Assembly (NCBI GenBank): GCA_963739625.1
Contig: CAVUAU010000007.1
Coordinates: 66,581-130,580, forward strand
Source: an uncultured Flavobacteriaceae bacterium
Lineage (GTDB): Bacteria > Bacteroidota > Bacteroidia > Flavobacteriales > Flavobacteriaceae
DNA: 64,000 bases
Direction: 5' to 3'
Within the stretch, counting starts at the first letter, position 1; each line of letters begins with the position of its first letter. Below, in pieces: positions 8,005 to 18,118 of the stretch. Made by a program: the position numbers and the translations under genes. The notes beneath the pieces were generated by a model. It was given only the letters and a program-made list of their open reading frames with translations, was not told the DNA's origin and ran no database searches.

Positions 8005-9789
8005 CTATTCATTTGAAGGACATGCATCTGCATGAACGATCAACCAGAAGTCACCACTATTGGTGAAGTCATAAGAAAGACCATCGCTGTCTGGGTTGAA
8101 AGAATATTCAAACTGGCCAGGAGCCGAAGTTGTAGGTACATCATCTGAAAGATAGATATGAACTTCGTCGAGTTGGTTTCCGTCAAAGACATCGATCCAA
8201 ACAGTAACATCATCTCCGTCCTGTTCTACATGTACGTTTCCTATCCAGTAGCCTTTAGAAACATCATTTTGTCCTGCGGCTGCCATCATAATTGAACAAT
8301 CCTTCCCTTCTACGTTACTCATCTTCTCCAACACCAAAGTGTTCTGCCCAACCGCCGAACGGTTTGAAGTAAGGTCAAGGTCATCACAAACTGGTCCATC
8401 GCCTCAATCATTGCAGTCTCACAAATTGTCAAGAACATCGTTATCTGAATCGGCCTGATCAGCATTTGCAGTTTCCGGCATTATCACTCGTGTCTCAGAT
8501 ACCATCACCCGGAAGTGCGTCATCACAAGCATTTCCGAGACCATCATTGTCAGTATCCATTTGATCTGGGTTGTAGACATTTGGACAATTGTCATCATCA
8601 TCACAAATACCATCTTCATCTGAATCTCCACCTTTGTCGGCACAAGGATTTCACCTGGACTGTCATCACAGGCATCTCCAATTCCCGTCGTATCGGCGTC
8701 GGCCTGATCAGGGTTGGCAGTTTCAACACAATTGTCACAAACATCTCCAACACCGTCTCCATCAGAATCGGCCTGGTCTGGGTTATAAACGTGAGGACAG
8801 TTGTCCTACATCGTCATCAATACCGTCATCGTCTAATCATCATTGTACGCCAATCGTCACCGGGTATCTCCACAACCAAATCTTACGTGCATATAGTCAA
8901 CATTGTCATCTCCGTCAAAGTTAGCTATCACTTCATCTCTACTTAAGCTTCCTGTAATTGGTGCCATTTCGGCTGCGTCATAAACGCCTTCCCAATCTAA
9001 AAGTGTAATAGTATAATCAATATACTCTTCATCATCTGCATATTCTGCAAGGTCTGGAAGTGCAAGACATAATGGTTCAGCATAGTAGTCACCGTCATTA
9101 TTGGTGCCTACAGTGTTGATCTCTCCTGTATAGATTGGATTACCATCAATACTGATGTCTACAGAATATCTGGCAGGGAAGTGTCTTCCTTCAGGAGTAC
9201 AGTAGTTTGCAAAGAAGCAGAATTCGAAGGCTTTATTGGTATCCAATTCAAAGAATTGATAACCATATTGATTCACATCTCTGTCATCATAGCAAAGCAC
9301 TGAAACATCAACATATTTTTTAACTCCTGCACCCAGGTTAATGTCGAGTGGCAGTGGATTGTCTACCCAGTCGGCAAGGGTTCCTCCTTTAGGAGCCAAC
9401 CAGATCAATTCTCCTGCAGCATTGTAAACAGAAAAATGTTCAAGGCTGTAAGTTCCTGGTTCCAATTCAAGTTCAGGTACTTCTTCAGTGAACAATTGTC
9501 CATCTACAAGATTAACCTGGAATGGATCTTCAAGGGTACCAACAACGGCAGTTTCACCTTGCGTAAGAACAATTTCTACATAAGCCGGAGTGTCATCTGA
9601 ACAAGCCGGAAGATCCCCTACTTCAGAGGCCTGTTTTGTGGCACTTTTAGCCGCAAGGTCCTGTACAATTGCACCAAAAGACAAAGTCGCTTTTTCGCTT
9701 GTGTCCTGTGATGGTTCATCTTTACTACAAGAAGTAAAGAACAGCGCGAATACTGCGAGACACGCCAGGTAATAATTAAATTTTTTCAT
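8005..9789 (-). CDS. Modular surface lipoprotein, paralog C: shared N-terminal region + multiple TSP3 repeats + C-terminal domain (CETA..NRxGW..AAGQND..APGQFEY); many indels in 8300-8860
   Basis: Lipobox FTSC-SKDE; manual reframing gives [36 protein letters not shown]...[24 protein letters not shown], continuing into ORF 8005-8337. Confidence 0.7.
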
Positions 9790-9954
9790 AGTTGAAAAAG
9801 GTTTTTGATTAATAAATATTTAGAATGGTTAATAATGCTTATATGGACGCTCCAAAGGGAGCAGATACAGCCATGCTTTTTGTTCTTCTTTTTGGGGGGA
9901 GGAGTATTTTCTCAGAATGTTCTTTAAATGTAGGAATTATCTTAGCTATAAACT

Positions 9955-9972
9955 ATGGGGGAATTCCCCCAT
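9955..9972. promoter_or_regulatory. Perfect 18-bp palindrome, candidate LuxR/NarL-type operator upstream of lipoprotein cluster
   Basis: ATGGGGGAATTCCCCCAT; no long U-tract. Confidence 0.5.
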
Positions 9973-9982
9973 TTTTACCCCT

Positions 9983-10984
9983 CTAGATATCTATGAGGTT
10001 ATGGTTCAATGCATAGACCACGCTTTCAAGGATGGTTCCCGAGTTGGTCCTTCGTATAATACTGGCCCGGTGCTTTTCTATGGTCTTGATAGAAATACAA
10101 AGGGCTTCTGAAATTTCCTTGGTCTTATATCCTTTGCACAACAGGGAAATGATCTCCTGTTCTCTTTGAGTAAAAGGTTTCTCAATTGTGGCATCAACAT
10201 GGAAATACTTTTCTGTTTCCTGAGAGGAAGATCCTACCGCTTCATTAAGAGAGAACTCCATTCCGGTGAAGTTGATCATCATCACCATTTGGCCGCTCAA
10301 GGCTTTATCCAGTTTGGAAAAGGAAATTTTTGCCTCCCTCAACTTGTCATTCATCAATAACACAGTTGTTGTAGAAGCTTTCATGTGTTTACCTTTAATA
10401 AACTTTTTAAGTGTCTCCCTCACCTTATTTTTGTTTTTGCTCACCACCAGGTCAGATAGACGCATCTGTTTTTTTCCGGTGATAAAGAAGTCTTTTTTGA
10501 AAGCATCATTCATTGCAATGATCTTTTCATCCTGTAACAGGATTACCGGGTGGCCTAACAGGTTGAATAAACCCATAAAGGAATCTTTCCAGTAGTTAGA
10601 GAGACATTTTTTCATTTGAACCACTCCTTCAATTTCTTTCATGATCGAATTGAAACAGAGTGGGTCATATAAAATACCATCTACTACTTCTTTATAATTG
10701 CGGTCCAGTACGGTTTTATTCTCTTTATCACCAAACAAAAAGAGATAGCTTTTGTTTAGGAAATGGGAGGATTTAAAATTCTGAAGGTTTTTTAAGCTTT
10801 CGAGCCCAAGGGATACATAATCTATTAGGATAATATCTGGAAGATAGCTCAGGGCCATGGGATAAGCAGCATGTATACTTTTCACGCTGGTTATTTCATA
10901 AGTTCCCGAAGCTACACTTTCTATTCCGGTTAAAAATTCTGAATTCTTGGTAATCAGGAGTAGTTGTTTCTTTTCCATCTTCAA
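9983..10984 (-). CDS. LuxR-family regulator with N-terminal receiver-like and central PAS-like domains
   Basis: PDIILID receiver-like segment; GLFNLLGHPVILLQDEKIIAMNDAF PAS-like; FTQREQEIISLLCKGYKTKEISEALCISIKTIEKHR LuxR HTH. Confidence 0.85.
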   Translation of the reverse strand: MKMEKKQLLLITKNSEFLTGIESVASGTYEITSVKSIHAAYPMALSYLPDIILIDYVSLGLESLKNLQNFKSSHFLNKSYLFLFGDKENKTVLDRNYKEVVDGILYDPLCFNSIMKEIEGVVQMKKCLSNYWKDSFMGLFNLLGHPVILLQDEKIIAMNDAFKKDFFITGKKQMRLSDLVVSKNKNKVRETLKKFIKGKHMKASTTTVLLMNDKLREAKISFSKLDKALSGQMVMMINFTGMEFSLNEAVGSSSQETEKYFHVDATIEKPFTQREQEIISLLCKGYKTKEISEALCISIKTIEKHRASIIRRTNSGTILESVVYALNHNLIDI

Positions 10985-11346
10985 TCGTTTTGGTTAGTTC
11001 TCCTTTGCAGAAAAATTTTGTCAGAATATGATTATTATAGGTAATTATAAATCTGCTCCCACAAAAGCTTTTAAACTTGCCCGTCAGCCTTTGTTTCAAG
11101 AGTAAATATATACGATCTTATTCAAAAGTAATCCTAAACTTATGTAGTAGTACCCTTACAACCAGATAGTTAAAACCCTTAAAACTGCACCACCATTTTG
11201 TAGGAATTATGAAAAAATTAATCTTTAAAGTGCAGTTTTAAGGAGTTTTTTATAGGAAAAAATTTTGCATAAATTTGAAGTTCTTCGAATAGTTTGTGAG
11301 AAGTTTCACATAACACCCCCCGCTTTCGTAATTTAAGCAGTTTCAG

Positions 11347-11354
11347 TACCTTTG
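11347..11354 (+). promoter_or_regulatory. -7 promoter element of uvrA
   Basis: TACCTTTG 17 nt upstream of ATG 11372. Confidence 0.6.
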
Positions 11355-11371
11355 CCCTCTTGAAAAATTTT

Positions 11372-14203
11372 ATGACTGCTACTGAAGAATACATTGAGAT
11401 ATTAGGTGCGCGCGTGCATAATCTCAAGAATATCGATGTTAATATCCCAAGAGAAAAACTTGTTGTCATCACCGGCCTTTCGGGTTCAGGAAAATCTTCT
11501 CTTGCCTTTGATACGATCTATGCCGAGGGACAGCGCCGTTATATAGAAACCTTTTCTGCCTACGCGAGACAATTCCTGGGAGGACTGGAACGCCCGGATG
11601 TTGATAAGATTGATGGTCTCTCCCCTGTTATTGCCATAGAACAAAAGACTACCAGCAAGAGCCCTCGTAGTACTGTGGGTACCATCACAGAGATTTACGA
11701 CTTTCTCCGGCTGCTTTATGCCCGCGCCAGCGATGCCTACAGTTACAACACCGGCGAAAAAATGGTGAGCTATGGTGATGAACAGATCAAAAAACTGATT
11801 GTAGAGCAGTTTTCAGGAAAAAGAGTCAACGTTCTGGCTCCGGTAGTTAGGTCCAGAAAAGGGCATTATAGAGAGCTTTTTGAACAAATAGCCAAGCAGG
11901 GTTTTGTAAAAGTGCGTGTGAACGGCGAAGTGCGTGATATCGTAAAAGGCATGAAACTGGACCGTTATAAAACTCACGATATAGAAATCGTGGTGGACAG
12001 GCTAAAAATAGGTTCACCCGGGGAGATTGACAGTCGCCTTGCCCAAAGCATCAAGACCGCCATGTACCATGGAGATGATGTCATGATGATCCTCGAACAG
12101 GATTCCAGTGAAGTGAAATACTTTAGCAGGAACCTCATGTGCCCCACCACCGGAATTTCCTATCCTAATCCCGAACCCAACAATTTCTCCTTTAATTCCC
12201 CTAAAGGAGCGTGCCCTGTGTGTAACGGGATTGGAACCCTGCACCAGGTCAACCGGGAGAAGATCATCCCCGACCCTTCAAAAAGTATAAAAAACGGGGC
12301 GCTTGCCCCACACGGTCCACAAAAGAAAAACTGGATCTTTAAACAACTGGAATTGATCGCAGAGCGGTTTGACTTCAGTTTGAACGATCCTGTTAAAGAT
12401 ATTCCTACGGAAGCAATAGAGATGATCCTGTTTGGCGGAAAGGAAAAATTCAGCAAAGACTCCAGGACTCTGGGTATCACCAGGGAGTTTAAAATTGATT
12501 TTGAAGGAGTAGCCACTTTTATCGAGGAGACCTATAATAAGAATGAATCTACTTCTTTAAGACGTTGGGCTAAAGAATATATGGACAAGGTATTGTGCCC
12601 TGAATGTGAGGGTACAAGACTTAAAAAAGAGTCCCTTTATTTCAAGATCAATGAAAAGAACATTGCCGAACTGGCACAAAAAGACATCGTTGACCTCGCC
12701 GCCTGGTTTGACGATCTAGAACCCGAACTTTCAGAAAAGCAAAGAAAGATAGCTTCCGAAGTGATAAAGGAAATTCGGGTAAGGCTGCAGTTCCTGGTAG
12801 ATGTGGGACTTAATTATCTCTCCCTCAACAGGGGCTCAAAAACCCTTTCTGGAGGGGAAGCCCAGCGTATAAGGCTGGCCACACAAATTGGATCGCAGCT
12901 GGTAGGGGTGCTTTACATCCTCGACGAACCCAGCATCGGGTTGCACCAGCGCGACAATGAAAAGTTGATAAACTCCCTTGTTTCTCTCCGTGACCTGGGC
13001 AATTCGGTCATCGTGGTAGAGCACGATAAGGATATGATTGAACGCGCAGACCACGTCATTGACATAGGTCCCGAAGCAGGTAGGCACGGCGGGGAGATCA
13101 TTAGCGAAGGTACTCCCGAAGAGATCAGGAAACACGATACTATTACTGCCAAATATCTTAATGGTAGTATGAAAATCGAAGTTCCGAAGAAAAGAAGAAA
13201 AGGGAACGGAAAGAGCATCGAACTCAAGGGTGCAACAGGCAATAACCTTAAAAATGTTTCGGTGACTTTTCCACTGGGAAAAATGATCGCCGTAACAGGA
13301 GTTTCGGGAAGTGGAAAATCTACGCTTATTAACGAGACTCTTTATCCTATTATGAACGCCCATTATTTCAATGGGGTGAAAAAACCCATGCCTTACAAAA
13401 GCATCAAAGGTCTGGAGCATATCGACAAGGTGATAGATATTAACCAAACTCCAATTGGTCGCACCCCTCGTTCAAATCCCGCAACCTACACCGGTGTTTT
13501 TTCTGAAATAAGGAACCTTTTTGCTAAAACACCCGAAGCGATGATAAGAGGGTATAAGCCCGGTAGATTCAGCTTTAATGTCAAAGGCGGAAGATGCGAA
13601 ACCTGTAAGGGCGGCGGACTGCGGGTAATCGAAATGAATTTCCTGCCGGATGTTTACGTGGAATGTGAAACCTGCCAGGGAAAAAGGTTTAACCGGGAAA
13701 CCCTGGAAATTCGCTATAAAGGCAAATCAATTTCAGACGTGCTGGAAATGACGATAAATGAAGCGACCGTGTTTTTCGAAAATATTCCCAAGATCTATCG
13801 AAAGCTCAAGACCATCAAAGACGTTGGTTTGGGTTACATCACCCTGGGGCAGCAAAGCACTACCCTTTCGGGAGGGGAAGCCCAGCGCATCAAACTTGCC
13901 ACAGAACTTTCCAAAAGAGACACCGGGAATACCTTTTACATTTTGGATGAGCCTACAACAGGTTTACATTTTGAAGACATAAGGGTGCTCATGGAAGTAC
14001 TTAATAAGCTCACTAACAAGGGCAACACCGTAGTGATCATTGAACACAACCTGGATGTGATCAAAATGGCAGACTATATTATAGACATTGGTTATGAAGG
14101 CGGAAAAAACGGTGGGGAAGTCGTGGCTACAGGCACCCCCGAGGAAGTGGCCAAACATAAAAAAAGCTACACTGCCCAGTTTCTGCAAAAAGAATTAATT
14201 TAG
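11372..14203 (+). CDS. uvrA: Excinuclease ABC subunit A
   Basis: GARVHNLKN, two Walker A motifs ([16 protein letters not shown]), zinc fingers, LSGGEAQR twice. Confidence 0.98.
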   Translation: MTATEEYIEILGARVHNLKNIDVNIPREKLVVITGLSGSGKSSLAFDTIYAEGQRRYIETFSAYARQFLGGLERPDVDKIDGLSPVIAIEQKTTSKSPRSTVGTITEIYDFLRLLYARASDAYSYNTGEKMVSYGDEQIKKLIVEQFSGKRVNVLAPVVRSRKGHYRELFEQIAKQGFVKVRVNGEVRDIVKGMKLDRYKTHDIEIVVDRLKIGSPGEIDSRLAQSIKTAMYHGDDVMMILEQDSSEVKYFSRNLMCPTTGISYPNPEPNNFSFNSPKGACPVCNGIGTLHQVNREKIIPDPSKSIKNGALAPHGPQKKNWIFKQLELIAERFDFSLNDPVKDIPTEAIEMILFGGKEKFSKDSRTLGITREFKIDFEGVATFIEETYNKNESTSLRRWAKEYMDKVLCPECEGTRLKKESLYFKINEKNIAELAQKDIVDLAAWFDDLEPELSEKQRKIASEVIKEIRVRLQFLVDVGLNYLSLNRGSKTLSGGEAQRIRLATQIGSQLVGVLYILDEPSIGLHQRDNEKLINSLVSLRDLGNSVIVVEHDKDMIERADHVIDIGPEAGRHGGEIISEGTPEEIRKHDTITAKYLNGSMKIEVPKKRRKGNGKSIELKGATGNNLKNVSVTFPLGKMIAVTGVSGSGKSTLINETLYPIMNAHYFNGVKKPMPYKSIKGLEHIDKVIDINQTPIGRTPRSNPATYTGVFSEIRNLFAKTPEAMIRGYKPGRFSFNVKGGRCETCKGGGLRVIEMNFLPDVYVECETCQGKRFNRETLEIRYKGKSISDVLEMTINEATVFFENIPKIYRKLKTIKDVGLGYITLGQQSTTLSGGEAQRIKLATELSKRDTGNTFYILDEPTTGLHFEDIRVLMEVLNKLTNKGNTVVIIEHNLDVIKMADYIIDIGYEGGKNGGEVVATGTPEEVAKHKKSYTAQFLQKELI

Positions 14204-14221
14204 CCACAATTTGAAAATTAT

Positions 14222-14911
14222 ATGAGAACCGAAACACGAAATAAAAGCTGGAATGCAATAAAAACAAATGACTCCTGGGCCATTTTTAAGATCATGGGAG
14301 AGTTTGTGAACGGATATGAAAAACTGAGTCAAATAGGACCCTGCGTTTCGATCTTTGGATCGGCAAGGACCAAGCCCGACAATAAATACTACAAGCTTAC
14401 AGAGGATGTTGCCAAAAAGATCGTAGACCATGGATATGGGATCATTACCGGAGGAGGACCCGGGGTCATGGAGGCAGGAAATAAAGGTGCCCATCTCGCC
14501 GGCGGGACCTCTGTTGGATTGAACATTCACCTGCCATTTGAGCAGCACGACAACCCTTATATTGATGGTGACAAAAACATCAATTTCGATTACTTTTTTG
14601 TTCGCAAAGTAATGTTCGTCAAATATTCACAGGGCTTTGTTGTGATGCCTGGTGGTTTTGGTACTCTTGACGAGCTTTTTGAAGCTATCACCTTGATCCA
14701 GACTAACAAGATCGACAAGTTCCCTATCATTTTAGTAGGCCGTGATTTCTGGAGCGGATTGATCGATTGGGTTAGAGCCACTCTTTTAGACAGCTTTCAA
14801 AATATTAGCGCAGGAGATATTGATATCGTTCAGGTTGTGGATACGGCCGATGAGGTAATCGAAATCCTGGATAAATTCTATGAGGAATATAATCTTAGTC
14901 CAAACTTCTAA
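14222..14911 (+). CDS. LOG-family (TIGR00730) nucleotide phosphoribohydrolase
   Basis: FGSART, TGGGPGVMEA, PGGFGTLDE. Confidence 0.9.
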   Translation: MRTETRNKSWNAIKTNDSWAIFKIMGEFVNGYEKLSQIGPCVSIFGSARTKPDNKYYKLTEDVAKKIVDHGYGIITGGGPGVMEAGNKGAHLAGGTSVGLNIHLPFEQHDNPYIDGDKNINFDYFFVRKVMFVKYSQGFVVMPGGFGTLDELFEAITLIQTNKIDKFPIILVGRDFWSGLIDWVRATLLDSFQNISAGDIDIVQVVDTADEVIEILDKFYEEYNLSPNF

Positions 14912-14932
14912 TTCTTCGGAAGAAAAGACCTC

Positions 14933-14964
14933 AAAAAACGGTATTTTCACAGGTACCGTTTTTT
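14933..14964 (+). terminator. Intrinsic terminator
   Basis: AAAAAACGGTA...TACCGTTTTTT. Confidence 0.65.
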
Positions 14965-15106
14965 CTGTTTTTAGGTAATTTTCTCTGCAGAGATTTTAAA
15001 GAAGGAGTTGCCCGATTGTGGGAATAAAACCTATATTTAGAATCGAAAATTTTTAAAACGATCCAAACGTCCAAAGTGTTGAATAGCATTTTATCCTGAA
15101 CCTGCC

Positions 15107-17920
15107 TTGACCAAGAAACTTCTTACCGGATTTTGTGCCATTTTCACCTGTTGTATTGCCCTTGGGCAACAAGCTACAACGGTAAATGCTGTCTTGAATG
15201 ATTCCCTGAAGTCTCTTTACATTCAGCAGAAGATCGAGTACCGCAACTTGAGCACAGACACCCTGGATGTCATAGTGCTCAACGATTGGATGAACGCTTT
15301 TTCAGACACAAGAACGCCCCTCGCAAGACGCTTTTTTGAGGATTATGACAGGGATTTTCACTTCGCACGGCAGGAAAAGCGTGGAGGTACCACGATAAAC
15401 TCCATAATGGGAAAAGATTTCAACGTGCTCACCTGGATTAGACCTGTTGGCCACCCCGATCTTATAGAGATCACTCCTGAAAAACCCGTTAACCCCGGTG
15501 AGAAGTTTGTGATCAACCTTAACTACAGCATCAAAATACCCAGTGAAGATTTCACCCGCTTCGGGTACTCCAACAAAGGCCGGTATCAGCTTCGTTACTG
15601 GTTCATGACGCCGGGAGTTTATGATCATGGCTGGCAGGTTTACAGCCATAAGAATATGAATGATCTCTTTCATCCAAAGATGGACCTGGAGATCAATTTG
15701 AACATCCCGCCAAACCTTGCGGCCATCACTCCTTTTGAAGTTGAAAAGATCGTTCCTGACAATGGAACAAAGAACCTGGTCTTAAAAGGGGAAGAACGCC
15801 TGGAGACAGAATTATATCTCACCAAAGAGATTGTTTTTGAAGATTTTGAAATTGACAGTCTTCACGTTCTCACCAACATCAACGATGAAGGGATAAGTCC
15901 TGTGCTCAAGGCCATGGTCCTAAAGAGAATCGTACTGTTTCTTCGGGAGAATATGGGAGATTATCCTCACCACAAGCTGCTTTCCACTCAGCAGGAATAC
16001 GCTCACAACCCGGTCTATGGTTTGAATCAACTTCCAAAATTCATCAGGCCCTTTCCCGAAGGCTTCAATTACGACCTTAAGCAGTTAAAGACAATTTCTG
16101 AAATTTACCTGCGAAATACGCTTATGCTCAATCCCCGAAAAGAGAAATGGGTTTATGATGCTATCCAAACGTATCTTATGATGCAGTATATGCAACAGTA
16201 TTACCCGGATCTTAAAGTCTTAGGAAGCCTGAGCGATGTAATAGGAATAAGATGGTTTCATGCGGCCGACCTCAAATTTAATGATCAATACCCCTTGCTG
16301 TACATGTATATGGCGAGACAAAACCTCGATCAACCACTCACAACCCCGCAAGATTCGTTGATCAAGTTCAATAGAAATATTGCCAATCCCTATAAAGCCG
16401 GGGTTGGATTTAAATATCTGGATGAATTTTTAGAAGATAATACTGTCTCTAAATCTATAAAAGAGTTCTACTCCAACAATGTGCTTAAACTAACCTCTTC
16501 AGATGAGTTTGAGCACATCTTAAAGAAAAATGCAGGTAAGGACATTAACTGGTTCTTTAAAGACTATCTAACTACCAATGAAAAAATAGATTTTAAGATT
16601 AGAAATCTCAAAGTTGAAGATGATTCTTTGGAGGTAACCATTAAGAACAGAACCGAAAATAACATGCCCGTGCAGGTATATGGCCTCAATGACGGGGAGA
16701 TTGTTTACAAGACCTGGGTTGAACATGCAAACCGCCTGAAAACCGTAAAAATTCCGGCTGCACGTGTAGAAACTGTTGCAGTGAACTACGAGGGGATAGT
16801 ACCCGAGATCAACCAGAGAAATAACTTTCGCACGGTAGGTGGCATTATGAACAAACCTTTACAGTTTCGCCTTTTGAAGGATGTTGAAGATCCCGCATAC
16901 AGTCAGCTGTTTCTCATGCCCGAGTTTGACTACAACCTCTACGACGGCCTTGCCCTGGGCGCGAGAATGCACAATCAAACCCTGCTTGAAAAGAATCTTG
17001 AATTTTCCTTTGCACCGCTCTATGGGATGGGCAGTGAGACTTTGGTAGGGGCTGCCAGCCTTTCCCACCAAATCTATTTTCAAGATGATGATCTTTATGC
17101 CATTCGCTATGGGGTAAGCGGCAGCAGATTTTCATATGGTTACGGCCTCATGTACCAGCGCTTTACTCCGTTTCTTAGCCTTGCTTTCCGCAACAACTAC
17201 ATGAGAAATAGCCGCAAGGAGAATATCATGGTGCGAAACGTGAATGTTTATCGCGATCAGGATCCTTTAAATCCTTTGAGGATACCTAACTACAGTGTCT
17301 TCAATGTCAATTACGCTTACCGTAATCCCGGGCTGGTGGAACATTATGCCGGCAGCGTAGACTTTCAGTTGGCTAAAAAGTTCAGCAAGGCCTCTTTAAC
17401 CCTTGAGTATAGAAAACTGCTGCAGAATGACAGGCAGCTAAATTTCCGGTTTTTTGGAGGTGCATTCCTCTATAACGACCTGCAGGGCAGCGACTATTTT
17501 AGTTTTGCCCTTGACCGCCCTACAGATTATCTCTATGACTATAATTACTACGGAAGAAGTGAAACCAGCGGCTTGTTCAGTCAACAGATCATTCTTGCCG
17601 AAGGTGGCTTTAAATCCATGCTGAAGCCGCAGTTTGCCAACCAGTGGATAACCACGATCAACAACAGCACCACCATCTGGAAATGGGTGCTCGCTTATGC
17701 CGATGTGGGGGTAATCAAAAACAAGAACCAGTCGGCTAAGTTTCTGTACGATTCAGGAATAAGGCTGAGCATCATCCAAAATTATTTCGAATTGTTCTTC
17801 CCCGTTTATTCCAGTGAAGGCTGGGAGTTTGAAAATGGCAATTATGACCAGAAGATCAGGTTTATTGCCACGTTAGACTTAAGGACGCTTACCGGACTTT
17901 TTACCAGGGAGTGGTTCTAA
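15107..17920 (+). CDS. Secreted M1-aminopeptidase-like protein with probable C-terminal outer-membrane beta-barrel
   Basis: Signal peptide; M1-like YRNLSTDTLDVIVL, YKAGVG, INWFF, PEINQRNN; amphipathic strands and terminal Phe; no HExxH seen. Confidence 0.6.
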   Translation: MTKKLLTGFCAIFTCCIALGQQATTVNAVLNDSLKSLYIQQKIEYRNLSTDTLDVIVLNDWMNAFSDTRTPLARRFFEDYDRDFHFARQEKRGGTTINSIMGKDFNVLTWIRPVGHPDLIEITPEKPVNPGEKFVINLNYSIKIPSEDFTRFGYSNKGRYQLRYWFMTPGVYDHGWQVYSHKNMNDLFHPKMDLEINLNIPPNLAAITPFEVEKIVPDNGTKNLVLKGEERLETELYLTKEIVFEDFEIDSLHVLTNINDEGISPVLKAMVLKRIVLFLRENMGDYPHHKLLSTQQEYAHNPVYGLNQLPKFIRPFPEGFNYDLKQLKTISEIYLRNTLMLNPRKEKWVYDAIQTYLMMQYMQQYYPDLKVLGSLSDVIGIRWFHAADLKFNDQYPLLYMYMARQNLDQPLTTPQDSLIKFNRNIANPYKAGVGFKYLDEFLEDNTVSKSIKEFYSNNVLKLTSSDEFEHILKKNAGKDINWFFKDYLTTNEKIDFKIRNLKVEDDSLEVTIKNRTENNMPVQVYGLNDGEIVYKTWVEHANRLKTVKIPAARVETVAVNYEGIVPEINQRNNFRTVGGIMNKPLQFRLLKDVEDPAYSQLFLMPEFDYNLYDGLALGARMHNQTLLEKNLEFSFAPLYGMGSETLVGAASLSHQIYFQDDDLYAIRYGVSGSRFSYGYGLMYQRFTPFLSLAFRNNYMRNSRKENIMVRNVNVYRDQDPLNPLRIPNYSVFNVNYAYRNPGLVEHYAGSVDFQLAKKFSKASLTLEYRKLLQNDRQLNFRFFGGAFLYNDLQGSDYFSFALDRPTDYLYDYNYYGRSETSGLFSQQIILAEGGFKSMLKPQFANQWITTINNSTTIWKWVLAYADVGVIKNKNQSAKFLYDSGIRLSIIQNYFELFFPVYSSEGWEFENGNYDQKIRFIATLDLRTLTGLFTREWF

Positions 17921-18118
17921 ATTTTTCATTACAGAATATTACCAATCCTGCTATTTCCCTTTCCTAAATATTCAACGGATTTCACCTTTTTCAATTTTAG
18001 TTGATAAATCAACAATGAAAAGGCTTTTTTAATCAGAAAAAATTAAAATTTTCTGTTTTTACTGAATTGTAATAAATCATTGTTTTTGTTACATTTGTAT
18101 CTAATAAAAAACTGATTT

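Noticed and set aside
8419-8946. Short ORFs 8419-8643, 8515-8946, 8589-8924 (also 5166-5537) as separate genes
   Set aside because: Off-frame or antisense shadows of Asp-rich TSP3 repeats
4849-9789. Diversity-generating retroelement or shufflon as the source of C-terminal variability
   Set aside because: No reverse transcriptase, TR/VR pair, recombinase or inverted cassettes in the window; the noise is indel-type, not adenine-specific
4849-9789. Polymorphic toxin system
   Set aside because: No small immunity-like genes between the ORFs and no recognisable toxin domains
9955-9972. Palindrome as terminator of the LuxR gene
   Set aside because: Lies just after the stop codon but lacks a proper U-tract; operator interpretation preferred, though not excluded
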